From: Piromyces finnis finn | Taxonomy: Eukaryota > Fungi > Neocallimastigomycota | Direction: 5' to 3' | Assembly (NCBI GenBank): GCA_002104945.1 | Contig: MCFH01000043.1 | Coordinates: 414,763 to 478,762, forward strand | DNA: 64,000 nucleotides | Shown here: positions 40,184 through 54,687 of the stretch, one piece after another | How the letters are laid out: every line of letters begins with the position of its first letter | Numbering within the stretch: the stretch's first letter is position 1 | Program-made: the position numbers and the translations under genes | Notes under the pieces: model-generated | Told to the model about the DNA's origin: nothing | Seen by the model: the letters and a program-made list of their open reading frames with translations, nothing else | The model's database searches: none

Positions 40184-42643
40184 TTTTATTATACCTATGC
40201 TAATAAACTTTTAACTACCTATGCTGTTTTTTTTTTTTTTCTTCTTCTTCTTCTTCTTCTTTAGATAGATATATATTTACCAAAATTTCTTATATTTTAA
40301 AATTCTTTATTTTTTTTTTTTTTTTTAAAAAAAAGAAGATAAATAGAATTATAAAATTTTTTATATATTTATTTATTTTTTCAAACAAATTCATGCCTTT
40401 ATTTTTTCTAATCTATGGATAATATTCAGTAGTAATAAATAATAATTAATATAATAATAAATATAATAAACATAATAATAGTAATAAGCATAATAAATAT
40501 GATTACAATAACAATAAAATTTTTAAAAATCAATAGTGAAATCATTTATTTAATAGGGATAATAAATAATGATAATGGTATTATTTATTAATATTATCAT
40601 CATTTTATAAATTATAAAGATTGTTTAATTTTATTCTTTTTTCCCAAAGTCTTTTTTGTAGCCTTACTTTTTGTGGATAAGAAAGGTCAATTCTTTTGTT
40701 TAATTAGTAGAATAACAACGAATAAATCATTCTTTAATATAGAGTAAACTATAGTAAAATAATAATAACACACTTGATCGATTGATAATCATGATTCATT
40801 CCTCATTAGAATAAATAAATATACCTAACACTTCTTTCTTCCCAAAAGTTTTCTATTTAAGATAATTATGTAGGTAAAAAGGTCTATCGTATTTAAGTAA
40901 TAAAGAAAAAGTATAATAATTAAAGTTTAAAATCGTATTAAATAGAATTAATATTTGTGGCTATAGGAATTAAAAATATGAAATATTATTTATTTTTTAC
41001 CCTATAATAATATAATATCGTACAATAATTATGGCGTAATACTTTGATTTAATATTCTTTAATCTAATAAAATTTATTGGCTAAAATTTAATTAATAACA
41101 AAAAAAGAAATATAAAATGATATTTATTATAAATAAAGTTTTTAATTTAATTGAATTGAGTTATATCATTATTATAATAATTATAATATATTACAATATA
41201 TTGTAATATACCAAAATACATTAATTTTTTTTTCATTTCCACACTTCAATTTATTATAATTTTTTTTTATAAATTTGATGGATCTATTGATAAATTTCAT
41301 ATTTTATTAATAAAAAATGAATTTACTATTTTTTTATTTTTTCTTTCATTATTTTTTCTATTAATATGACAATTATTTTGAAATGAAACAAATTTAATTG
41401 AAATGAAAAAAAGAAAAAGAAATCTATAATATCTTTGTTAGTATTATAGCTTTCAAAAGTTTTTCTGGTTTATTATTATATTATATTTCTTGTAATAAAC
41501 AATATAAAAAATTTAATATACAATATATTAAATTGTATTGAAATTTAATGAAATAAATTTTTTAATATATTCAGAACTTTAATTAAAATTAAAAAAAGAA
41601 ATTAAATTTTTTTTTTTTTTTTTTTTTTAATTCATATAGTTTGGCCAATTTCACAAAGATTTTAAGAAAAATTAAAAAAAAAAAGCAAGAAAAAAATACT
41701 AAGAAAAAAAAAAAAAAAAGCAAGAATGAATTGAATAATTTAAAGAAAAATTAAAAAAGATTGTTTAATTCATCAATTGAAATAATAATAATTTTTAAAA
41801 AAAAAAAAAGAATAAAAAAAGAAAAATTACAAAAAAAAAAAAAAGAATAATAAAATCAATAAATATACATAAAACTATATATATAAATAGTATATATTTT
41901 CAATTTTGATTTATATATATATATATATAAAAAAAAAAACAGTCTCATGAAGAAATGTTTTTTTACAATTAAAGATTAAAATATCATAAAAAGAATATTA
42001 TATCGATAAAAATTTTATATTTACTTTTTTATAATATATAAAATATATAAAATGTTTAATTAAATTATATTTATTCAAACTGTATTTTTATTTTTATTAT
42101 GTTAATTGTATTCTATTATATATTTATTTGTTAATATTAATCATTTTTATTTAAATTAAGTAGTATAAAATATAATATCCAAATAATATTATCAAAGAAT
42201 ATTGTAACATTATATTATATATATATAAAAGTTTTTTTTTATTATTATTTATTCACCCTATTAATAAAATTTTGAATATAGTAAGAAATCAATTCAGTTA
42301 TCAATATACCTTAAAAAATATCAATATCAATCATATATATTTTTATATTAAATTATTATTATTATTTTTGTATTTTATTCAATTAAAAAAAAAAAAAAAA
42401 AGAGAGAGAGATTTATCTTATATAAACAATTAAAATTAAAAATTTTATTTATTCACTTATATCAACATAAAAGAAATAGAATATATATATATTTATAACT
42501 TACAACCAATATTATTATTAAAAAAAGTTTTGATTATTTATTAATCTGAAAAAGATTCTCAAAAGATAAAACAACAACTCAAAAATATACATTAAAGTTA
42601 TCTATCTATTAATATCTTTATATAAAAAAATATTTATAAAAAA

Positions 42644-44169
42644 ATGAATTCTCAAGAAACTTTAAATGAGCATGAACCAACCCTCTATGAAATTTTAGGG
42701 GTACCAAATAATGCTACCAAGGAAGAAATTAAAAAGGCTTATAAAAAACAAGCTTTAAAGTAATTATAGATATATATTTTATATTGAAATAGAAAAATAA
42801 AAATTTCAATTTTATATATAAATAGTATAAAATTAATTGAAACAAAAATTTTACTTTTATTTTTTACTCCACTTCATAAGATATCATCCAGATAAAAATC
42901 CAAATGCTGAAGAAATGGTAAGAATAAATTTATATTTATAGATTTTATTGACAATACCAATGGAGTAAAGTAAAATAATAAATATTTTATATTAATATGA
43001 ATAATTTTTTTTTTTTTTTATTTTATTATTGTGTATATGTATATAAATATAATCTTTAGTTTAAGAAAATAAAATTTGCCCAAGAAATTTTAACAGATGA
43101 TAAGAAAAGAAAGTATTATGATTTTGGTGGTGAAAAGATTTTAGACTATTTAGATGATGATTCTCCATTAATGAGTATTGATTCCTTCTCATTCTATATT
43201 ATTCTATTTACTGTAATTCTCGTTTTTGCAGTTATATTTTTGACATTAATTACCATGAGAAAACAAAAAACTGTAACTTGGAGTTGGTGTATCATATTTA
43301 TTCCATTATACATTATTGATGTTTTGCTTTTCATTTTTATATACAAGGTCAATAAAATTATTTCTGGATATGGTCATAAAGATGCTAATGCCGCATTTTA
43401 TGAAGATAGTAGTGAAAGATTAAGACAACAACGTATTCAAAATATGAAAAAATTCCTCACTTCATTCATACTTAATAAATCTTTCCTTCTCTATGTAATC
43501 TTCATTGCTCAACAAATTTTAATTGTTATCTATTTATGCGATAATACCATAATAACACCATTCCAATTGGCAATACCATATATTATCTATGAAGTTGTAT
43601 TACTTGGAGTCGGTATATACCAAACTTATCTTTACTATAAAAATAGAGAAGAAAATGCTTCACCAATTGAAGAAAGAAATGAACCACATCAATTCATTAT
43701 TAGAACTTTTATTCTTCAAGTATTTAGAATTATTCAAATGACATTTATTTTCGTTAATCTCGACAGTCATTTTGCTTCTTGGGGAATCATCTTCATACCA
43801 TCCTATTTATTGTTTGTTTTCATCTTTGTTCGTTTATACTGTACGGAACCAAATCTTGCCAAAACTTATCTATTCTTTGTCATTCCATTCCTTATAGTGT
43901 ACTACCCAACTCTTATTCTTTTAGTTATCTATTTATGTAAATATTCTTACTCCTTTATCATTACTTGTATTCCGGTATTTATTGTTATGGGAATCAGTCT
44001 TTGCTGTTTATCTTGTTGTTTATGTTCAATTAATCAAGAAACATTTGATAGTACTCGATTAAGTATGAGTTTAAATAGTAGTTCGATTTCCTATATACCA
44101 GAAGAAAAACAAATTGAATCTTTCAGTCTGGGACCTTCCTCTAATGAAGTTAAAATCAATATTCAATAA
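42644..44169 (+). CDS. J-domain (DnaJ/Hsp40 class C) protein fused to a multi-pass membrane domain (TMEM185/203-like), about 420 aa
   Basis: Exons 42644-42759, 42881-42917, 43060-44169. J-domain [59 protein letters not shown] with an intact HPD. It is followed by multiple hydrophobic helices with WSWCIIFIPLYIID and SWGIIFIPSYL repeats. Confidence 0.88.
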
Positions 44170-44772
44170 ATATCTTTTTTTTTTTTACCTTTTTTCCTCA
44201 AGCAACCAAAAATGAAAAGATTATTTCAAGAAAGAAAGGATGAAAAAAAAAAAAAAGAATACTTTAAGTAAACAATTTCAAAAAATATAGATTTTTTTTC
44301 TTAATCTTATTCTTTTTTTTTATTAAATAAAAAAAAAAAAGAAAAAGAAAAAGGAAAAAAAAATGAATGAAAATATAGAAAAAAAAAAAAAAAATAGAAA
44401 GAACTTTTTTAATATTAAATCTATATATTTTATCATTGTTTATTTGTTAATTTTTTTTTTTAATATAATTCTATATTCCATATTTAAATGTTTATTAGAT
44501 TCAATTTTTTTTTTTTTAAAAAAAAAAATTATTAATATAATAAAAGGTATATGTATATATATATAAAGAGTTTAACTATTTATTTGAGGAAAATAAGTTA
44601 GTAAAAAAAAAAAAAAAAAAAAAAAACATTTAAAGAGAATGGAAAATAAAATTTTAAAATATCAATTGAATTGTAGTTAGCTTGAATTGATATTAAAAAA
44701 CGTTTTTTTTTTTTTTTTCTTCACCATTTTAATTTATAGTATACAGCATAACTTTTACATTTTTGTTTAAAA

Positions 44773-44774
<2 letters not shown>

Positions 44775-44811
<37 letters not shown>

Positions 44812-44910
44812 TATAATAATAATAATATAATTATCATATTAATAAAGAAAAGGAAAATTTTAGTAAATAAAGCATAATTATTTATTTAAATACATATACA
44901 CACACACAAG

Positions 44911-44950
<40 letters not shown>

Positions 44951-44957
44951 AGCAATA

Positions 44958-45010
<53 letters not shown>
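44775..45010. repeat. Two (AAT)n microsatellites and a poly-A run between the convergent DnaJ and BCAS3-like genes
   Basis: AAT runs at about 44775-44825 and 44960-45010; poly-A at about 44911-44948. Confidence 0.85.
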
Positions 45011-45011
<1 letters not shown>

Positions 45012-45353
45012 CTATTTTTTTAAAAAAAAAAAAAAAAAAAGGAATAAATGGATAGATAAATAAAAAAAAAAAATAAATAAAAATAAAATTTAGAAATTAT
45101 GAAATTTTACATTTTCAATAAATGAAATAAAGAAAGGAAAGAAAAAAACAATAATTTTTATTAATCTTTATCAGTGTGGTTGTTAAAACTAAATCCAAAC
45201 TTTTTTTATTTTTGATAGGTTTTATTTTATATTTAATTATATATATATATTAAATTGATGATTGATAATGAAATATATAAATAGAAAATCGCTTTACAAG
45301 TATATATATTTTAATATTATTGAAAAAAATATTAATTATTTTTTCCTATCTAT

Positions 45354-48300
45354 CTATTTTTTTTTTTTTAAGACATTTTCTGGAGGTTCATGAGATATAT
45401 ATAAATGAGTAATGGTAGTGGTAGTGGAAACATAAGAATTCATATTATTATTTTGGGGTGGACTAATTTTACTGACAATAACTTCATTAGTATCATCTTG
45501 ATCTTCTTCTTGAATAACATAATCCTCATCAACGATTTGAAGATGACTATTTGAATTAGTAATACCATCTTGACATTCAAAGTCATCCTCTGAAGAAAAT
45601 TCATGTCCTTCTTGATCATAACTAATGGTTTTTGTTTTTGTTGAAGAAAGTGTGACACTTTCTACATCATCATTAAATTTATAATTTTCTATATTGGGAT
45701 CTGCTTTATTGAATGAATAGGTATCATCATCCGTAAGAATTAATTGATTTCCCCCTCCTGAATACAAAATATTGTTATCGCCACTTGATTTATTGTTTGT
45801 AGTGGTGACAATTGAAGTTGATGAATAGACATGAAGTGCATCATCAAAGGATAATTCCTCTAAAAGTATTTATATTAAATAGATATATTAAAAAAATTAA
45901 TACATTTTATTTTAATTTTTTTTAAAAAAATTTATCATTAACATTTAAAGATATTATAATTAAATATTAATAATAATTAATAACAATAATATAAAGATAT
46001 AAAGAAATTAATTATGAAATAAAACATACGTTTATTAAGTTCACTACAAGATTTTTGTAATTCAAAATTATCGTAATCAATACCATCATTATTAATAGCA
46101 TTATATAAGGATTCTTATATATTTTATATATATATAAAAAAAGTATTACTATTGAAATTGAAATAATAAAAGAAAAAAAAAAATATTATGTATATAATTT
46201 ATATATACCTTGTAATAAATCAGAATCACCATTCACAACTGGTATAATTCCATAATCATTGGAAGGCTTAGGTTTCTTTTTAAAAATAGTAATGGTCTTT
46301 GTCCTAGGAAATTCTTCATAATCTGGGGTTGCCTTTGAATACGAATCATACACAGGATTACCATATAAATCTATATTATCCTTCTCTTCCACATGTACAG
46401 AATTCATATTTCTTTCTCCACCTTTATTAACATACTCTTGTAATACAAATTGACTATACAGCCAAATAGGAGGACCGGTATGGTATATATCATATGGATT
46501 AATTTCAATATTTTCCATCCATCTATAAATAAAAGGAGTATATAAATATAGAAAAATATTTTTCAAAATAATTTACATTTATATAATAAATAAATAAAAT
46601 AATTTATTATTTATTTTCTTTTCATTTTGTAAATTAATTCATTATTTTAAGAAAAAAAAAATAATTAGATAAATATATAGATTACTTTTTATTTTTCAAT
46701 GCCATAGTTTTTATTGATTCAGGGGAAAGTAATTTTTGTGAATGAATTAAATTTTTGGTATCTTGAGTTGAAATGGATTGATGAGGATGATTACTAATTG
46801 TAGGGGTTGAAAATGAACTTGATGCTGTATTTGTTGTTGTCGTCGTTAATTCTATATTATTCATTTGATTTTGTTTTGCTTTTTCTTTCATTAATTTTTT
46901 ATTATTAAGAAGTTGGGACTGTAATGAACTCATCGATCCTGAAGGTAATAAAGATTCTTGCGGTGGGCTATTCGATTCAACTATAGATGATTTTTTATTT
47001 TTTGTTGATCCTTTGCTTTTTCTACGTCCATTTTGACTTGTATTATTATCTTTTGATAAAGAAACATTCGATATAGAATTAGAATGGGTATTATTTACCG
47101 TATGCATTGATTCATTCATTTTATTTATATTCGAAGAACTTTGTCTTAACGTTACATTTTGTAAATTTAAGGCTAAATTTGATACAGTGGTGGTGGAAGA
47201 ATTAGATTTTGTAAGATCAGATTCAATTAAATTTTCATTTTCTACCTTGCTTATAGGTGCTTTAGAGGAGGTTAAAGAAGGTGTAACTCCTGAAATTTTT
47301 TCATAATCTTTTATAAATGTCATAGATTTAATGGTCTAATTTATAATTATTAGTGGGATTTTTTTTTTTTTAGTATTATTATGGATATCATTATTAATAT
47401 TATCATCATTATCATTATCGTTTTTGTTTTAAGATTATTACAATAATAATCGAAATTTTTTGTATAATCATTTAGATATATATGATAACAAAAAAAAAAT
47501 TAATTTATATATATATATTTTTTTTTTTGATTCTTTAAAATTAAAATTATTTTCAATTTTTTATTTATTACTACTTACATTAATAATTGGCTTAACTTGA
47601 GCCCAATTCTTTTTTCTATGTAAATCCCATTGAATGGATTTTTGTATTTTTAATTTTGAATGTAAAATATCTTCCCCGGGATTACAAACATTTGTTAAAC
47701 CTAAGATTATGAATGAGTTGTAAAAAAAAAAATATTACGTTAATATATATATTATATATATTAAAATAAATAAAGGATAGAGTAATAATGATATTTCTAC
47801 TAATTATACGAAAAACTTATAAAAAAAGAATAGTTAATAATCAACTAATAGTTACTTATAGAATTTGATGGGGAATAAGAAAATGATTTTTTTCGTGGTG
47901 AAATATTATTATTATGATTTGAAGTAGAGATTGGACTGATATCTTGATGAATAGAATTGTCATCGATATCATTACTTATACATTTATACAATTCTAATTG
48001 ACCTTGACGATGCTCTTCTGTCACCCTAAAAATAATAATTTTTTGTTTTTCATTGGGTTCCCGTTTATCACTACTAATCATTATTTTATTAAGGAATTTT
48101 CCACAGGATACTGGAGAATATAGAGTGGAATGAATAATCTCATTACCGTCGAAAGAAGGGATAGAAGAATCATTGATATTTATAGAGGTTGACGAAGAAG
48201 AAGTATTGTTTAAATCTGTTCCTAGCTTATGATTTAGATTCATTGTATGAACATAGGAAACTTGATTTGAATCCACATAATTAAAAAAACATTTCTTAAA

Positions 48301-51162
48301 TTTAATACGGGAAATGGCGAAAGATTGTGTTGGTTTTCCTACCATGGTTAAACTATTACTATTTGGATTGGTATAATTCATATAAGAATTACGATAGGAA
48401 GAAGAATAAGAATTGGATTTAAAGCTGGAACTTAAGTTACCAAATTCATCATTAACACTATTTGTACTATGATAGGAGTGGGCTATTGTAGGATAGTTGC
48501 CTTGTTTCAAAGTATTAATATCTAATGAAGCAGAAGTATTATAGTCACTAACGAAATTAACCCCTTCTCCACTACCATTTCCTGGTAAAGGTTTATTAGA
48601 TGAATTCGGAGGGGAATCGAGTGTAGGTGAATGCTGAGGAGATGGTAATTTTGTTGTAATTAAATTAGTATTTACCATATCATTTATAGATTTACTACGA
48701 ATAGTTTTATAATTGGAACTATTTACATTAGATATTGGCATATCATTATACATTTTCATAACTTCATTTCTCTTATACATTTCTTCCATATTAAATGGAT
48801 CTATATAGTAAAGATGAGCAGTGCCATGATTTGATAAGGCACATATCCATCTTGAATCGGTACTGAAGGTAACATCTTCTATTTTTGCAGAGGTTTTACC
48901 CCTTTTAAGTTTATATAAACAAGTGAAGGAAATGGGTTTTTTATCAAAATGATTTTCCACCTTCCATATATTTAGGGTAAATCCTTCACAAGAAGAAGTA
49001 ATAAGAAGAGAACCACTGTCATTAAATTGAATATATTCCATATAATGATGTTGCGCTTGAAAATGAGCTAATGGAATAACACTATTAATATCTTTGGTTT
49101 TTAAAAGCTTTTGAATATCAAAAATTTTAATCTACACAAAAAAAAAAAAAAAATAGAATGAAATGAGAATAATATTTTAAAAATTTAAAAAAAAAAAGGA
49201 ATTAAAATGGAATTAATATGGAAAGAAAAAAAGAAAAAGTATAATTAATAAAATTTTCCATTTAATAAACAAAAAATTTATAAAATATATATAAGATCAT
49301 AAGGTAAGAAATAGTAAATAAAATATAATCATACCATGCCAACCGGAAATTGATAATTCATTTCATTATTTTTTGAATTTTGATATTCTTCATTAATCAA
49401 GTGAGAATTGGGATCATTAGGATGATTTGATGATGTATTTTGATAATAACTATTTTTAGCTGCTTTAACTGCTTGTAATCCAATATTTCCTAAAACTTTT
49501 ACACCTGAAATTACTTCTTTCGCTACTTTTTCAGCCATAATACTCATTTGTATTTTATTATTTTTTTCCTGAGTATCTGGACTTGTTGTAGTAGCATAGG
49601 CTAAATAATGACAGCCTAAATCAAAAATTGCAGGATGATTATCATATTGAGATGGAGCAACATCTGTTAATACCATAGCAGTTGAAAAATCTTCTAAAGA
49701 TATAATATGAAGTTCATTACTGGATAATGACTATTTTTTTTTAAAAAAAAAAAAAATAATAGTGATAATAATAATTTAAAAAAATTTTTTAATACAAAAA
49801 GAAAATAAAAGAGATTAATAATCATAAAAAACAGATTTAATGAAAAATAATTTAATAATTAAAAAAGAAAAAAAAAAAGAAAAAAAAATTTATACTATAT
49901 TTTACCACAACTAATGCAGATTCATTTGTTTTTATTTTTAGTATTTCTATAGAATTATCAAAAGAAATTGTTTTAACAATATCATAAGTTTTCAATGAAT
50001 AAATTAAAATTTCTGATTTAGTTTTTGTTGGTAAAGTTGGATCTTTTTCTTCTTCATTAATTGATTTAATATTTCTTTTTTTTTTTTTTTTTTTTTTTTT
50101 TGTTATAAAAATGTTCATTATTTATAAAATAAAAAAAAAAAATTTTTTTTTGTATGTTTATTATTATTTTATTGTATTGAATAATACTTATTTAATAAAA
50201 GAATAAATTATTAATAAGTTTTTATTACATTAAAGCAAGAAATGGACAATCACTATCCAATAATGAATTGGATGAATTGGGAGGTATAATCTAAAAAGTA
50301 TATATATAAAGAAAAGAGGGGGGAAAAAAAAGTTTTAATTAATATTTAAAAGATATAATTTATATTACTATAGAGATGAATTCATATAAAAAAAACAATT
50401 AATAATAATAATAAATATAAAAAAGGATTACTTCAATTGCTTTAATTTCATCAACGTTATCATAAATAGAACATAATTCATATATTTTTTCGGGATCTGA
50501 AATATTCCATAGTTGAAAACCTTTTTTATATCCAATAAATAGGCATAAACTTTATAAATTATAGATATAAATTAATATATTTTTTGTATTATTATTAATA
50601 TCAACTTTTTGTATATATATATATAATATACATCGTTTTTTTTTTAAAAAAAATATAAAATATTAATAATTAAGTAGAAAGATATTGATATTTCTTGATA
50701 CCTTTCTTTTTCTTCCTTTTCATCATCAAAGGACCAATTTACCCAAAAAAACTTTGAATAAACAATTAAATTATTGATGTCTTCTTTATTTAGTATAGAT
50801 ACATTATTGGTTTGTTGAAGCGATTTTGTAGGAAATGAATTGAATATATTTGAAGAAAAGGATTGAATATATGAAGTAACTGCTTCTAATTTAGAAGTTT
50901 GTCTTTAAAACAGTAATATAGTTTTAAATTTATTAAAATGAAAAATATATAAAATAAAACAAAAAAGAATAGAAGAACAAAAAAAATGGTTAAAGAGAAA
51001 AAAAAATATTAATATACTTAATATTAAAATATATATTGTTTATATATCTACATTTAATAATATAAAATTAACACAATTATATTTTAATATATATAATAAT
51101 AATAACAAAAATTTTTACTTTATAAATTCTGGTTTTGCTATTTTTCCAATATTATTATCCAT
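45354..51162 (-). CDS. BCAS3: BCAS3-like (Atg18/PROPPIN-related WD40 beta-propeller plus BCAS3 C-terminal domain) protein with long low-complexity inserts
   Basis: Probable first exon 51162-51119 (MDNNIGKIAKPEFIK). Motifs LFIGYKKGFQLWNI, LGCHYLAYA, AKEVISGVKVLG, QFNDSGSLLITSSCEG, LYKLKRGKTSAKIEDVTFSTDSRWICALSNHGTAHLY and WMENIEINPY..GPPIWLYSQF. Not all exon boundaries were resolved. Confidence 0.82.
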
Positions 51163-52956
51163 TATTCTTAATTAATTGATAGTTAAAAAAAATGTTTATA
51201 CTGTTTTTTTATTAAAGTTTTTCTTTTTTTCTTTTTTTTTCCCCAAAAAGGAATATTTAAATAAAAGGTTTCTTTAAAATAAAATTAAATGGAGTAATAA
51301 TCTTGTTTTTTTTTTTTTTAAAATTCCCATTACTTCATAATTTCTATTTGAAAATATATCTATTTTTTCTTTATATTATTATTATTACTGTTGTTGTTGT
51401 TGTTTTATATTTTATCGTTTTTTTCTTTTTTTTTTTAACCTCAAAATAATATAAATTATAAAAAATTATTTATCAATATTAATTTACTTTCACACAACAA
51501 TGATAAGATAAAAATGTACAAAGGGTAATTGTTGAATGAAATTGAAATATTAAATTTAAATATTTACAAAAATACTTTTTTATATTTTTAATTAAACCTT
51601 TGTGATAGAAATATAAAATAGTTATTGAATATGTTATATTAAAAAGTCCGTAATTTATGGCATTCCTTATTGTTCTTATCGCTAATATATTTTCAATAAT
51701 TATTATTATTCAAGTTTTATATGAATAGGTCTAGAGAATGAACTTGTATTAAATAGGTATATTATAGTTATATTATAGCTCTTAATTTTATTTTCTTTTA
51801 TTATTATTATTATTAATATTAATATTTTAATAGTTTATTTAACTATATTTTTTAAATTTCAATTAGTTCAAATAAATGCGAACATGTCATTTTTATTATT
51901 TTTTTTCTTTTAAAATATAAAATAAAAAAAAAAAATTAATTTATTATTAAAAAAATATTCCTTTTTTAATTATAATTAAATAATATATGTAATATATTGC
52001 ATTATATATATTGTATTATATTATATTTTATTAATGTATATTAAATAATTTTCAAAAATGATTTATTTTTAATTTACTATATTATCCATTTACTTTTTAT
52101 ATATAAAATGATCCATTTAATAATAATTCATTCACTTATTTAATTTTTACACACAATATATTCACAATGTATTGATAATATATGAAATAGTTCATATATT
52201 ATTTAATTTAATTTTTATCTCCTTTCTTTAAATTTTGTGGATTACCAAAAATAATGTCTTTAAAAAGAATATTAAAAAAGAACGGATGATGATTAAAATA
52301 ATGAATAATGTGATTATGTCAATTAATATAATTTTATATGGACAGACAGTGTTTTTTCATTATCATATAGAATTATTAAACTAATGATGTTTATTAGTAT
52401 CAATTTCTAACCATTAAATACTTATGTTGTTGGTTGGATATGTTCTAAAAAAGTAGCCATGTGATGAATCTTAATAATTATATTCTCTAATGAAAAAAAA
52501 ATATATATATATATATATATAATATATTTATATGAATTAAAAAAGAATCGTTAATAGTTAGTAGCTTCTGTACTATCATCATCATCATCATCATCATTGG
52601 CATAAATAAATGATAGATCATTAGGTATCAAAGAGAAATAATAAAAACAATTTAATAACTATTAGTAACAACTATTAATAATACTATATAATTATTAATT
52701 ACTACTACTATTAATAATTATTTATAATAGATACAACTATTATTATTATTAATATTAATATTAATATTAATAAATAAAACTTAAAATGATATATATATAT
52801 ATATTATTTACAGTTTATTTATTGCTGCTGCATTATATATTTATATAATTAATAAATATATATATATAATTTCATATACGTCTTTAAAATAATTCTTTTT
52901 ATAAGATTATTATGAAATGTAAAATAAAAACCACATTGTTTTATACATTTTTGTAA

Positions 52957-52957
<1 letters not shown>

Positions 52958-53015
<58 letters not shown>
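52958..53015. repeat. (ATT)n microsatellite
   Basis: Seen directly. Confidence 0.85.
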
Positions 53016-53016
<1 letters not shown>

Positions 53017-53450
53017 GGGAATAGGATAACTTTTTTTTTTCTGTTAATAATGATTGTAAATATATATATATATTTTTTTTATTATCGTGTACACTTTTAC
53101 TCGATTAACACACTTTTTTTTTTTTTTTCATTTCAATAGAATTGTTCAAGAATTTCTTTTTACTGCATCAAAATTAAAAATATGTACTAAAAAAAATTTT
53201 TTTTTTTTCTTTTTAAAAATATATAATAAATTTAAAATTAAAACATAGCTCTAAAGAATATATAATTATTATACGTATTATTATTTTTATTCTTTGTAAT
53301 AGCTTAAACTATTACAATATTTATTATTATTATTACTTTTATTATTATTTATAGATAACAATATAATATAATATAACATATATACATTATTAATTTTTTT
53401 TTTTTTTTTTGTTATTGTTGTTTTTAATCTTTTTTTTTTTATCCCCAATT

Positions 53451-54644
53451 CTAATTCACAAACTTATTAAAATTCTTTTGATCAAAAACATAATCTTCAT
53501 CTACTTCAACATAACGTCTGTGATAATCATCAGAATCCTTTAATTCAATAAATTCACCCAATTCAGAATCATCAATTAATAAAGCTTGATCGCTTAATTT
53601 TTGTTTTGGTTTTCCTGTACGCTTATTTGATGAGCGTTTCTTAACAATAAATATTATTAAAATAAGAGCAGCAATAGCACCTCCTATGATAATAAAAAGA
53701 TTATTATAATTAAAAGTACAAATTGGAGTATTTCCTACGCCACAAACAGCATCTTCCTTAATACATAGGTTTGTTTCTTTATAACTACAAAGCTTTAAAG
53801 ATTTTGGCATATCTGGAACACTTCCCTTTAAATCATTAAAACTTAAATATCTTTTTTTTTTTAAAAAAAGGTTTTTATTGTCATAATATAGATATGAAGA
53901 ATTAATATTATTGATTAATAATATTATGTATTAAATTTTAAGTTCTTAAATACTATGATATATATATAATTTGTTTTTATTTTTTAATAAAAACTTACAA
54001 AATTTCTAATTGATTTAAAGAAGTAAATGAATTCGGTAAGGAACCCTTTAATTTATTATTATTTAAATGTCTTTTAATATATATATAATAATTATCATGA
54101 ATAATATTAAAAAATTTTATTGTTATTATCGCTTTAAAAGTAATGATAAATAAAAAAAAAAAAAAGTTCAAACTATTATTTAACTTGAAAATACTTACAT
54201 TTCTGTAATATTACTTAATTCACGAATACTTTTTGGAATTGTTCCTGATAATTTATTTAAACTTAAATCTCTGTTTTTTTTTTTTTTTTTTTACCAATTA
54301 TTATATTTATTATTAATAAAAAAAAAGGGTTAGTTATAAATTTCTTTCTTTAAAATTAAAAACTAATAACGAAAATAATAATGGAATAGGTATTGACTTA
54401 CAAAATATTCAAATTTGGAGTGGAGGAAAAGAAATCAGTGATATCACCAAATATTAAATTATATCTTATTGAACTTTGTATTGAAATAAAATATTAAAAT
54501 TTAATTAATAATCATTATATATATAAAAAAAATTTTTTAACACTTATATTTAATTATCAACTTACAATACTTCTAATTTTGTTAATTTCTTTATACTTTC
54601 TGGTAGAGTACCTCCAATTTCATTATTACTGATATCACTATTTA

Positions 54645-54687
<43 letters not shown>

